From NCBI GenBank assembly GCA_016212885.1, contig JACRDO010000132.1, forward strand, positions 28,779 through 92,778: 64,000 nt of DNA. The letters run 5' to 3'. The position numbers and the translations under genes are program-made. Below the pieces are notes generated by a model that was not told the origin of the DNA, did no database searches, and saw only the letters and a list, made by a program, of their open reading frames with translations. Positions 48,226-56,949 of this stretch are shown in pieces. The stretch is from Elusimicrobiota bacterium (lineage in GTDB: Bacteria > Elusimicrobiota > Elusimicrobia > UBA1565). Position 1 is the stretch's first letter, and the number at the start of each line of letters is the position of its first letter.

Positions 48226-49518
48226 CTATTTCCCTTTAGCCAGCATGCTGGGATAAACCAGCATGCAGGTGGGCCACCAGTCCCACGTGGCGCGCTTCTG
48301 GCCGTTGATGACGAAGCTGCTCTTGAGGTTCTCATGCACGGCGCTGATGGCGGTGATCCCTGCCGCTTGAACCGCTCGCAGCTCCTGGGGCTCGGTCTTC
48401 CCGTTGCGGTTGTCGTCCACCCAGACCATCAGCCCCTCGAGCTCCTTGCCTTCGACCACGCCGTTTTGGTCCTTGTCGTAGCGCAGGCCGAGCTTCTGGT
48501 AGCCGTCCACGAACCCGATCGGGTTGCCGAAGAGCTCGTTGCCGCCCTTGACCCCCCCGTCCTTCACCGGCGCCGCAAGCAGGCCGTCGTTGCGGCCGAT
48601 CCATTCGGAGATCTCCTTGAAGCCGTCGCCGTTGATGTCGAAGGCCAGGGCCTTGCTCTTGTTGAAGCGGGCCGGATGGGGCAGCCACTGCCCCTGGTCC
48701 ACGTCCGGCTTGCCGTTGTCGTCCAAGTCCAGGATGATGGGGGAGGTCATCATCCAGCCCACGATCTCGTACGATGCTCCGTCGATGTTGATCGCCGCGC
48801 CGCCGCTGAACACCTTGCTGAGGTCGCCCGAGCCCCAGGGGTTGCCCAGGTAGGAGAGGCCGGGGATCCCGCCTCCGAAATAGAGCGCCCAGCTGTCCAG
48901 CTTTCCCAGCACGTTGCCGGCCTCGTCGATGACGTCCGTGGTCCCGCCGGTATGGGCCTGATGGAAGGCCTCGGCGCTGGGCGGCCAGGTCTTCACGGCG
49001 TCCGCATATTCGCGGTAGTTGGCCAGGCTCTCCTCCGTGGTCCGGAACCGGCTGTCATTGTACACCCCGGCGATGTGCCGCTCCACGTACGGCATGAGGA
49101 GGTCCACGAGGCCCGCGACGGTCGGCCAGGAGATGTAGAGGCTTCCGTTGAGGAAGACCCGGCCCTTGGTCAAGGTGATCGTCTTGCTGGAGGAGACCGC
49201 TGCCCCGCTGCAGTTGATGCCCCGGAGGGTGTAGGTGATCTTCCCTTTGCCGGACGGCTTGATTTGGATGCTCTCGCCCGCCACCTCCCCGATCCCGTCG
49301 ATGGCGAGGTTGGCGACGTTGTCTGCGACCCAGGTCAGGGTGATCAGATCCTCGGTCCGGGCCGTGTTGGGCCCCTGGAGCAAGAGCCTGGACGAGGGAC
49401 ATTCCACGACGCCGACTTTCACGCTGCGCTTCGATGACTGCGAAACGGCCGACAGATGCAGCAGGCACAGGGCGCCAACGGCCAAGATCACCGGTACGAC
49501 AAGACGCAGATATTTCAT
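48226..49518 (-). CDS. Secreted protein with multiple EF-hand/dockerin-like calcium-binding loops (430 aa).
   Basis: Strong RBS (AAGGAG). Signal peptide MKYLRLVVPVILAVGALCLL. Loops DLDDNGKPD, DINGDGFKE, DKDQNGVVEGKELE, DDNRNGKTEPQEL (Dx[DN]xNGxxxxxE pattern). Confidence 0.6.
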   Translation of the reverse strand: MKYLRLVVPVILAVGALCLLHLSAVSQSSKRSVKVGVVECPSSRLLLQGPNTARTEDLITLTWVADNVANLAIDGIGEVAGESIQIKPSGKGKITYTLRGINCSGAAVSSSKTITLTKGRVFLNGSLYISWPTVAGLVDLLMPYVERHIAGVYNDSRFRTTEESLANYREYADAVKTWPPSAEAFHQAHTGGTTDVIDEAGNVLGKLDSWALYFGGGIPGLSYLGNPWGSGDLSKVFSGGAAINIDGASYEIVGWMMTSPIILDLDDNGKPDVDQGQWLPHPARFNKSKALAFDINGDGFKEISEWIGRNDGLLAAPVKDGGVKGGNELFGNPIGFVDGYQKLGLRYDKDQNGVVEGKELEGLMVWVDDNRNGKTEPQELRAVQAAGITAISAVHENLKSSFVINGQKRATWDWWPTCMLVYPSMLAKGK

Positions 49519-49642
49519 GCTTTCTCCTTGAGCGGTGAATCTATTATATTTACGTGCGGGCGGCGAAAGAGTTACTGGGAATGTTTATATGGGCGCGTTT
49601 TCTATATATCATTGGCTTCTGACTCCCGCGATGGAGGTTTCC

Positions 49643-50218
49643 ATGGGGATCCGAACGGCTTTGCTTGCGGCGATGCTGTCCCTCCCGGCTTCGGCGCGGG
49701 CGCAGAGCGGGGAGGAGAAGCTCCCGCCGCTGGATCTCCCCGAGATGCTTGGAGTCTGGAGCGGCCAGCAGATGTGCACGAGCGGGAGCGCGGGCCTGCG
49801 CGTCTCGATTTCCACGACCTCCAAGGGCTTCCTCATCGAGTACGCCATCCGGCAGCGCATGAAGGGGAGCAGGGCGCTCCAGACCGCCAAGGGAAGGGTC
49901 CCGGCCTTTCCAGTTGCGAAGAAGCCGGGGGTCTATTCCCTGCAGTTCGAGCTGCCGTCCTGGACCATCTTCAGGCTCCCCAAGGTGCCTGCCAGCCTGC
50001 GCTTCGACCCTAAGAAGGAGTCGGTCTCCGGCCAGCTGGAGCTGGGAATGCTGGGCCCATTGGCCAGCGGCGGGGGGAGCGGCCGCCTGAGCGAGAAGCG
50101 CGGCAAGCTCTCCTACAAGCTCTCTTCCTCCATGGGTCCTCTGAGGGATATCTGCACCGGGACACTCAGGCGCGAGAAGCGGGCGGCGAAGCAGAAGAAC
50201 CCCGCCCCCGCCGAATAG
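49643..50218 (+). CDS. Secreted hypothetical protein (about 191 aa).
   Basis: GGAGG RBS 5 nt upstream of the internal ATG. Signal peptide MGIRTALLAAMLSLPASARAQ. No recognizable domain. Confidence 0.45.
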   Translation: MGIRTALLAAMLSLPASARAQSGEEKLPPLDLPEMLGVWSGQQMCTSGSAGLRVSISTTSKGFLIEYAIRQRMKGSRALQTAKGRVPAFPVAKKPGVYSLQFELPSWTIFRLPKVPASLRFDPKKESVSGQLELGMLGPLASGGGSGRLSEKRGKLSYKLSSSMGPLRDICTGTLRREKRAAKQKNPAPAE

Positions 50219-50489
50219 CTTAGGGTCTCGGGATCGATGCAGGCGCGTCGCGGAAGTCAGAGAGGCGCTCCGGCTCGATGGAGACGCGCGGAGCGTTCGA
50301 GCCGGGGGTGAGCCTGCGGGGGCCCGTCAGGATGAACGAGGGGCCGATGACGAGGGCCACGAATAGGATCACGATCCAGTAGACCGACCATTTCCCGTTC
50401 ATACGGATAGCATAGCGCTTGCGGGCAGGGTTTGGATGGGCCTTCCAGCGCCCATCCGGCTGGAAATCGGCCCAAGCGGCAATGGGCCA

Positions 50490-52610
50490 CTAGGCCAGGT
50501 CGATGGTCCTGAGGTTCTTCTCATAGCGCCGGTACAGCTTGCGGTTGAGCGGGAGGTTCTCTTCAGCCAGCAGCTTTGGGTCCTTGCTGAGGAGCTCTTC
50601 GGCGTCCTCCCGCGCACCGGCCAGGAGGTCGCAGTCGCGCAGGAGGTCCGCGGTTTTCAGCGAGATGTCCCCGTGCTGCTCGACTCCGAGGATCTCGCCC
50701 GGGCCCCGGAGCTTGAGGTCCTCCTCGCTGATGCGGAAGCCGTCGGTCGTTTCGCAGAGGGTCGCGATGCGGTGGCGGGCTTGGGGGGTGGAGGGGTCCG
50801 CGATCAGGAAGCAGCGCGACTCGGCCGCGCCGCGGCCGATGCGGCCCCGCAGCTGGTGGAGGCTTGCCAGGCCGAAGCGGTCCGCGTTCTGGACGATCAT
50901 GACCGTCGCGTTTGGCACGTCCACGCCCACCTCGATGACCGGCGTGGCCACGAGCACGTTGCAGCGGCCTTTGGCGAACTCCTCCATGGCCCCGACCTTC
51001 TTCTTGGGCGGCATGCGGCCGTGGACTAAGGCCACCTTGAACTCCGGGAACACCCGGGTCTTGATGCGCTCGTACTCCAGCATGGCCGCCTTGAGGTCGA
51101 GCTTGGCGGACTCCTCGATGATGGGGTAGACGATGTAGACCTGGCGCCCGGCCGCGGCCTCGCGGCGGGCCGCTTCGAAGGCTTCCTGCTCCTGGACGTG
51201 GTTCGTGGAGGGGTAGCGTCGGCCGGGGGGCATCTCGTCGATGGTGGATACGTCGAGGTCCCCGTAGAGGGCCAGGCTCAAGGTCCTGGGGATGGGGGTG
51301 GCTGTCATGAGGAGGAGGTCTAAAGGCGGGCCCTTGCGCCGCAGGGTGGTCCTCTGCCGGACTCCGAAGCGGTGCTGCTCGTCGATGACCGCCAGCCGCA
51401 GGTTCTTGAAGAGGACGTCGCCCTCGAGCAGGGCGTGGGTGCCGATGACGATGTCCGCCTCCCCGGAGCGCACCCGCTCCAGCGCCTGCTTGCGCTCCTT
51501 GGCCGCGATGCGCGAGCTCAAGAGCTCCATGCGCACCGGCAGGCCTTTGAGGAACTGGTTGAATGTCCAGAGGTGCTGCTCGGCGAGGATCTCGGTCGGG
51601 GCCATGAAGGCTCCCTGGTAGCCGTTCTCCACCGCAAGCAGGAGGGCCGCCAGGGCCACGACGGTCTTCCCCGAGCCCACGTCGCCCTGCAGGAGGCGCG
51701 TCATGGGGTTGGGGCCGCGCATGTCCTCGAAAATCTCGTTGATCACCCGCTTCTGGGCCGGGGTGAACTCGAAGCCGAGCCGGGCCTTGAGCGGGGTGAG
51801 CAGGGTCCGCTTGATCTCATAGCCGTAGGCTTTCAAGAGGGCCTTGGTCTGCCGGCGCTTGAAGGTCCAGGCCAGCTCGAGCAGGAGCAGCTCCTCGTAG
51901 GCCAGGCGGCGGCGCGCCTCCTCCAGCTCGGGATCGGAGCGCGGGAAATGGGCCGCGGGGAGGGCCTGAGGCAGGGCGAGGAGCCGGCGCTTCTGGAGCA
52001 GGCTGAGCGGCAGGACCTCGCGCAGCTGCGAGGCGCCCGCGTTCAAGGCGCCGGCCATTGCCTCGCGCATGCGCCTCTGGGTCAGCCCCTCCGTGAGAGG
52101 GTAAAGAGGGGTGATGCGGTCCACGTGCAGGGAGGCCTTGGGATCGGAGAAGAGGTAGTACTCCTCCACCCGGATCTTGCGGCTGCGCAATAGCCCCGGC
52201 TCGGCGCGGCCCACGATCCAGACGTCCGCGCCGGGGACCATGTCCTTCTTGATCCCAGCGAACACGTCGTAGGTGCGGCTGCGCCGCTTGAACCAGAGCG
52301 CCTCGATGTATTCCGGGCTGTCGTGCGGCTTGAGCGTGGCGATGAAGAGGAGCAGGTGCATCCCGGCGCGGATCTCCCCTGCCTTCATGACGCGGCCGCG
52401 CACGACCACGGGGCCGGTCACGGCCCCCGGGAAGGAGCCATCCTCCGGGCCCTGCTCGAAGGGGGTCGGCCTGCGGTTCTCCCAGGCGCGGGGCAGGTGG
52501 TGGAGGAGATCGCCCAGGGTGGCGATCCCAAGGCGGCTCAAGAGCTGGGCTCGCTTGGGGCCGATCCCCTTGAGGAACTGGACCGGGTTGTCGAGCGCGT
52601 TCTCCGGCAT
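50490..52610 (-). CDS. recG: ATP-dependent DNA helicase RecG.
   Basis: 706 aa. Wedge/OB N-terminal region. Walker A DVGSGKT. DEAH-like box AVIDEQHRFGV. Helicase C motifs. TRG-like C-terminus. Confidence 0.9.
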   Translation of the reverse strand: MPENALDNPVQFLKGIGPKRAQLLSRLGIATLGDLLHHLPRAWENRRPTPFEQGPEDGSFPGAVTGPVVVRGRVMKAGEIRAGMHLLLFIATLKPHDSPEYIEALWFKRRSRTYDVFAGIKKDMVPGADVWIVGRAEPGLLRSRKIRVEEYYLFSDPKASLHVDRITPLYPLTEGLTQRRMREAMAGALNAGASQLREVLPLSLLQKRRLLALPQALPAAHFPRSDPELEEARRRLAYEELLLLELAWTFKRRQTKALLKAYGYEIKRTLLTPLKARLGFEFTPAQKRVINEIFEDMRGPNPMTRLLQGDVGSGKTVVALAALLLAVENGYQGAFMAPTEILAEQHLWTFNQFLKGLPVRMELLSSRIAAKERKQALERVRSGEADIVIGTHALLEGDVLFKNLRLAVIDEQHRFGVRQRTTLRRKGPPLDLLLMTATPIPRTLSLALYGDLDVSTIDEMPPGRRYPSTNHVQEQEAFEAARREAAAGRQVYIVYPIIEESAKLDLKAAMLEYERIKTRVFPEFKVALVHGRMPPKKKVGAMEEFAKGRCNVLVATPVIEVGVDVPNATVMIVQNADRFGLASLHQLRGRIGRGAAESRCFLIADPSTPQARHRIATLCETTDGFRISEEDLKLRGPGEILGVEQHGDISLKTADLLRDCDLLAGAREDAEELLSKDPKLLAEENLPLNRKLYRRYEKNLRTIDLA

Positions 52611-52687
52611 GGCGGCTCATTGAAGCAAAGAAGGGTTTGCTGCGGCAATGGATTCCCCTGAGCCAAAACTGTTATCATGGCTCCACT

Positions 52688-52882
52688 ATGGCCTATCGGT
52701 GCGCGATCTGCGAGAAAAGGCCGGTTTCAGGCTTCAGCTACAGCCATTCAAATAGGGCGACCAAGCGCGTCTTCCGGCCGAATTTGCAGAAGCAGAGGGT
52801 GGTCCTTTGCGGCCGCACCCGGACCGTCTACGTCTGCTCCAACTGCATCAGATCCGGAAAGACAGTCCGTCCGAGCCGCTAG
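52688..52882 (+). CDS. rpmB: 50S ribosomal protein L28.
   Basis: MAYRCAICEKRPVSGFSYSHSNRATKRVFRPNLQKQRV matches the L28 signature (C..C.K.P..G...SHSN..TKR.F.PNLQ). Confidence 0.85.
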   Translation: MAYRCAICEKRPVSGFSYSHSNRATKRVFRPNLQKQRVVLCGRTRTVYVCSNCIRSGKTVRPSR

Positions 52883-52893
52883 GCCCCCGGCTG

Positions 52894-54567
52894 ATGGCTG
52901 TCCCGCGCTGGGCGCCTGCGGCTCTGCTATTGGCCTGCGCGGCGGCGGCGCTCTGCCTGCCGGTCCTCAATCCCGACGTCTTCTGGCACCTCAGCGCAGG
53001 GCGCTGGATGCTCGAGCATCGGGCTTTTCCGCATGCGGACTGGCTCTCCTTCACCATGGCGGGACGCCCATGGGTGGACTTCGAGTGGCTCACCCAACTG
53101 CTCTTCTACGCGGCCTTCTCCCTGGGCGGCTTGGGCGGGCTCTGGGCCCTGAAGCTCCTCGTCTTCACGGCCGGCGCGGCCCTGCTCTGGCCCTCCCTCG
53201 GCCTCTATGGGACCTCCGCCTCCGGCCGGGCCGTGGGCATGCTCGCCTGGGTGCTGGGCATCTCCACGGCGAACGACTTGAGGCCGGAGAACTTCTCGCT
53301 CGTCTTCTTCCTGGCTCTTTGGTTCTATCTTGAAAGGAGGAGGCTTAAGGGTCCGTCCTTGCACAAGGGCGCTTACGAGGTCATTGCTGTCGCGGCCTTT
53401 TTCGCGCTCTGGGCGAACCTGCACGCCGGCTTCGTCTACGGCTTGATCCTGCTTGGGATTTGCGCGCTGGCGGACTTCGCCAAACGCCGCGCATTGGGCC
53501 TGCCGGCTCTTCTGCCCATTGCAGCGGCCGCGGCCCTGCTCAATCCTTATGGGCCTGCGGTCTACCGCGTGCTCTGGGAGCATTACGGCGCGCTGGCGGA
53601 GCTCAAAACCTACATCTTTGAGTGGCAGGATCCCACGCTTCAGGCCTCCTGGCTCTGGCCGTTCTGGGCCATCCTGCTGAGCGCCTATCTCAGCGTCCTC
53701 GCGCGCTATCTCAAGTCGCGCGACGTACCGGCCGAGCATCTGGCCTGCATCTTCCTCTTCGGCCTTTCCGCCTCGGCGCACGCCAGGACGAGCGTGTATT
53801 TCCTCTCGATCGCGGTGCCGGTCACAGCGGCTGCGCTGAAGGGGCTGGCCGCAGGCAAGCCGCGCAGGCTCCTGCTCGGCGCAGCTGCCGCCTTTGAGCT
53901 GGCCTTCTTCGCTTGGAAAGTCGCGCCGGAACTCGCCCGCTTCGATGTGTTCCAGGAGCACTACGTCCCGGCTGGGCTCACGCGCTTCTTGGAAGGCGAG
54001 CGCGGGACCCTTGGAGGCAAGAGGGTCTTCAACCCCTGGCACTGGGGCGGGTATCTGGGATTCAAGCTCCATCCGGACATCCGAGTCTTCGTGGACGGGC
54101 GCTACCTCTTCCATGGCCTGCTCCCGCGCATGTACGCGGCTACGCGCACGCCGGAGGACTACCGCGTCTTCCTGGACAGCTACGGCATCGACATCGCTGT
54201 TTTGGAGAGGACACGCCAGCTCATTGCGATGCCGGCCGCGCTCAAGGGCGGGGGAAAGGGCATGCTCTGGCGGCCGTTCTACCTCTTCTTCCTTCCGAAG
54301 AAGGACTGGGCCCTGGTCTACTGGGACAGCCAGGCCATGGCCTTTGTCCACCGCTCAACCGTGCCTGAGCAGTGGCTCAAGACCCACGAATTTACAGCGT
54401 TCCGGCCGGAGGATCTCAAGGCCGCGCAGGAACTGCTCCACGAAGGCCTGCTCCCCAAGGGCCGGCTCGCCGCTGAAGTCGAACGTTTCGCCGCTCTCAG
54501 TCCCGACCCGGCGGATGCCGCCGCGTCCAGAGCCTGGCTCAAGGCTTTGACTGAGGGGCAGCCATGA
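52894..54567 (+). CDS. Polytopic membrane protein, putative GT-C-fold glycosyltransferase (paralog 1 of a tandem pair).
   Basis: Many TM helices. Conserved first periplasmic loop FWHLSAGRWMLEHRAFPHADWLSFTMAGRPWVDFEWL. C-terminal soluble domain (DGRYLFHGL...). Confidence 0.5.
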   Translation: MAVPRWAPAALLLACAAAALCLPVLNPDVFWHLSAGRWMLEHRAFPHADWLSFTMAGRPWVDFEWLTQLLFYAAFSLGGLGGLWALKLLVFTAGAALLWPSLGLYGTSASGRAVGMLAWVLGISTANDLRPENFSLVFFLALWFYLERRRLKGPSLHKGAYEVIAVAAFFALWANLHAGFVYGLILLGICALADFAKRRALGLPALLPIAAAAALLNPYGPAVYRVLWEHYGALAELKTYIFEWQDPTLQASWLWPFWAILLSAYLSVLARYLKSRDVPAEHLACIFLFGLSASAHARTSVYFLSIAVPVTAAALKGLAAGKPRRLLLGAAAAFELAFFAWKVAPELARFDVFQEHYVPAGLTRFLEGERGTLGGKRVFNPWHWGGYLGFKLHPDIRVFVDGRYLFHGLLPRMYAATRTPEDYRVFLDSYGIDIAVLERTRQLIAMPAALKGGGKGMLWRPFYLFFLPKKDWALVYWDSQAMAFVHRSTVPEQWLKTHEFTAFRPEDLKAAQELLHEGLLPKGRLAAEVERFAALSPDPADAAASRAWLKALTEGQP

Positions 54568-56192
54568 GGAAATACGGCTGGCAAGTCGTCGGGGCGGGTG
54601 TCGCGGCTTTGGTCGCCCTGTTCCCGATCGGGGACCCGGACCTCTGGTGGCACCTCTCAGCCGCCCGCTTCATCCTGGACCATGCGGCCCTGCCGCATGC
54701 CGACTGGCTCTCATATACGCTGGCCGGGCAAGCCTGGGCCGACTTCGAGTGGCTCGCCGAGGTATTCTTCTACGCGGTCTATCGAATAGGCGGCTTGCCG
54801 GCCCTGTGGGCCCTCAAGGCCGCGCTCTTCTCGCTCGCGGCCGCGCTCGTGTGGGCTCTGCTCAAGCGCATGGGCTTCGACCGCGCCTCTTGCGCGGCCG
54901 GGGCCGCGGCCTGGGCCGTGTGCCTGATCCCGCGCTCGGAGATCCGAATCGAGCTGTTCTCGAACAGCGCTTTCGCGGCCCTGCTGATCGCGGTCCACTG
55001 GATCCGAGCCGGCCCGTTCGGCCAAAAGGAGCAAGCTCCGCGAAAGGCCCTGCTGGCCGTCGCAGCAGGCTTCGCGCTATGGGCGAACCTGCACGCGGGA
55101 TTCGCCGCTGGGCTCCTGCTCCTGGGCCTTCACGCGGCGGGGGATCAGCTGGACTCCATGCGCGCAGCGGCCCCCCAAGCCGGTCCGCGGGCGGCTTTCT
55201 TCACAGCGGCGGCTCTGGCAGGGCTCGCTGGAACGGTATTGAACCCCTACGGATTCGGGATTCATTCCGCCTTGTGGGCCCATGCCGCGGACAGCTCGAA
55301 GATCGCGGGGCTCATCCAGGAGTGGGGAAGCCTGCGCGTGGGCCGGTCGGTCCACTGGCCGGCCTTCCTGCTCCTGATCGCGACAGGGACGGCATTCATA
55401 AAGAGCCGGCGCAAAGGGCCGCTGCAGGCCGGGCCTTGGCTCGCCGCGGCCGTGTTCGGCCTGCTCTGCCTGCGCCACGCGCGCCTCATCCCGTATTTCG
55501 CGACCGCGGCCATCCCGCTGGCCTTGGGGCTTCTGGAGGATCTCAAGCCCGAGTTCGCGGCCCGGGCCTGCGCAGGGGTCGCCCTCGCCTGCGCGGTCTT
55601 CGCGGCGGATCAGGCCGTCGGCGCCGGGCTGTTGCGAAACACTTGGCAGGACCGCTTCGTTCCGCGCGAAGCGGCGGCCTTCCTTGATAAGCATCCTGAC
55701 CTGCTCGAACGGAGGATGTACCATGCCTGGGGCTGGGGGGGATATCTGGGGTTCAGGTTCGCTCCGAAGCTGAAGGTCTTCCAGGATGGGCGCTACATCT
55801 TCCATCCGCTGTTCTCCGAGGCGGCGGAAGCCGCGCGCGAGCCGGGTACTTGGCGGGAGTTCTTGGCTAAGTACGGAGTGGAAGCGGCGGTGGTGGAGAA
55901 CCTGCCGTTCAGAGTCAAGATGCCGCGCATCTATCCGGACGGGACCAGCCGGGACTTCATGAGGCCGTACTATGCGGCGTTTTTCCCTAAGGAGGCGTGG
56001 GCGCTGCTGCACTTCGACGAGAAGGCGCTGGTGCTGGCGCGGCGCTCAGGGTTCAAGCCCGCTGAGCTGGAGCCGTTGGAGTACCGGCTATTGAGGCCGG
56101 GGGACGAGGAGGCGCTGGAGGACGCGCTCAAGAGGGGGGAGGTGGATCTGAAGCGGCTCGAGGACGAGAGGAGACGGCATGGGGGGGGGTAG
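54564..56192 (+). CDS. Polytopic membrane protein, putative GT-C-fold glycosyltransferase (paralog 2). ATGA overlap with paralog 1.
   Basis: Same architecture and loop motif as paralog 1: LWWHLSAARFILDHAALPHADWLSYTLAGQAWADFEWL. C-terminal DGRYIFHPL. Confidence 0.5.
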   Translation: MRKYGWQVVGAGVAALVALFPIGDPDLWWHLSAARFILDHAALPHADWLSYTLAGQAWADFEWLAEVFFYAVYRIGGLPALWALKAALFSLAAALVWALLKRMGFDRASCAAGAAAWAVCLIPRSEIRIELFSNSAFAALLIAVHWIRAGPFGQKEQAPRKALLAVAAGFALWANLHAGFAAGLLLLGLHAAGDQLDSMRAAAPQAGPRAAFFTAAALAGLAGTVLNPYGFGIHSALWAHAADSSKIAGLIQEWGSLRVGRSVHWPAFLLLIATGTAFIKSRRKGPLQAGPWLAAAVFGLLCLRHARLIPYFATAAIPLALGLLEDLKPEFAARACAGVALACAVFAADQAVGAGLLRNTWQDRFVPREAAAFLDKHPDLLERRMYHAWGWGGYLGFRFAPKLKVFQDGRYIFHPLFSEAAEAAREPGTWREFLAKYGVEAAVVENLPFRVKMPRIYPDGTSRDFMRPYYAAFFPKEAWALLHFDEKALVLARRSGFKPAELEPLEYRLLRPGDEEALEDALKRGEVDLKRLEDERRRHGGG

Positions 56193-56239
56193 GATTTGGA
56201 CGGGGCCAATTATCCCCTTTGGCTCTGTTGTTCTGCCAC

Positions 56240-56396
56240 TGAAAGGGAATCGTTCGCGGTTGCGTTTGACCGTTTTGTTGAGATTGAAGGTCTCCACGCC
56301 ATAAAGCACAGCTAGGTCGCGGTCCAGCATGACCTTATGTCCCCGGATGAGATAGATTCGCCGCTCGATGTGCTCGATGGGTATCAGAGAGTCCAT
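56240..56396 (-). pseudogene. Remnant of an ORF6N/KilA-N-type (phage anti-repressor-like) gene. Only the first ~50 codons are intact.
   Basis: MDSLIPIEHIERRIYLIRGHKVMLDRDLAVLYGVETFNLNKTVKRNRERFP matches the ORF6N N-terminal motif (IRGQKVMLD.DLA.LYGVET..LNQAVKRN.ERFP). Homology is then lost and the frame runs antisense into the upstream membrane-protein gene. Confidence 0.35.
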
Positions 56397-56449
56397 ATGC
56401 CTAATAATACGAGTGAGGACGGAAAAAGTTCCGCGCGACGGTGAAGGCG

Positions 56450-56935
56450 TTATCCCGCCGGCTTGTCGCCGGAAGGCTGGGCCGGGGCCGGCTGTGCGGG
56501 GGTAGCGGCCGCCTGCTTGGGCTTGGGCGAGCGCGCCTCGATGAGGGCGAGGGTCCGGGCTTTGAGATCAGGGTCCTTCTCTAGCAGGCTGGAGAAAGCT
56601 TCCTGCGGGATTACGAAGATCAGGGACTCGGGCGCCGAGCCCTTGATCGTGGCCCCCGCGGTGGTGAACTCCAGGATGGAGCGCTCGCCGAAGATGTCGC
56701 CCGAGCCGAGCTCGGCCGCCTTGACCCATTCCTTGTTCTTGTCCGGGCGGACGAAGACCGCGACCTTGCCGGTCGCGATCACGTGCAGGCCCTCGACCGT
56801 GACTCCCTTGAAGATGACGGTCTGGCCCTGCTTGACATGCTTCTGCTGAACGGCCTGGGCGAGGGCCCGGGCCCCCTCCTGCGTCAGCCCCTGCAGGAAG
56901 GGGACGTGGTTCTGCAGGAATTCGGTAATGGTCAT
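56450..56935 (-). CDS. Cyclic-nucleotide-binding domain protein (161 aa).
   Basis: cNMP-binding beta-roll: KQGQTVIFKGVTVEGLHVIATGKVAV...ELGSGDIFGERSILE. Confidence 0.8.
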   Translation of the reverse strand: MTITEFLQNHVPFLQGLTQEGARALAQAVQQKHVKQGQTVIFKGVTVEGLHVIATGKVAVFVRPDKNKEWVKAAELGSGDIFGERSILEFTTAGATIKGSAPESLIFVIPQEAFSSLLEKDPDLKARTLALIEARSPKPKQAAATPAQPAPAQPSGDKPAG

Positions 56936-56949
56936 GGAGCTTGTCTATT

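Noticed and set aside
50220-50402. 60-aa minus-strand ORF MNGKWSVYWIVILFVALVIGPSFIL... as a small membrane protein downstream of recG
   Set aside because: It has a plausible single TM helix and an ATG start, but no RBS, no conservation I can assess, and its second half is low complexity. Too weak to call.
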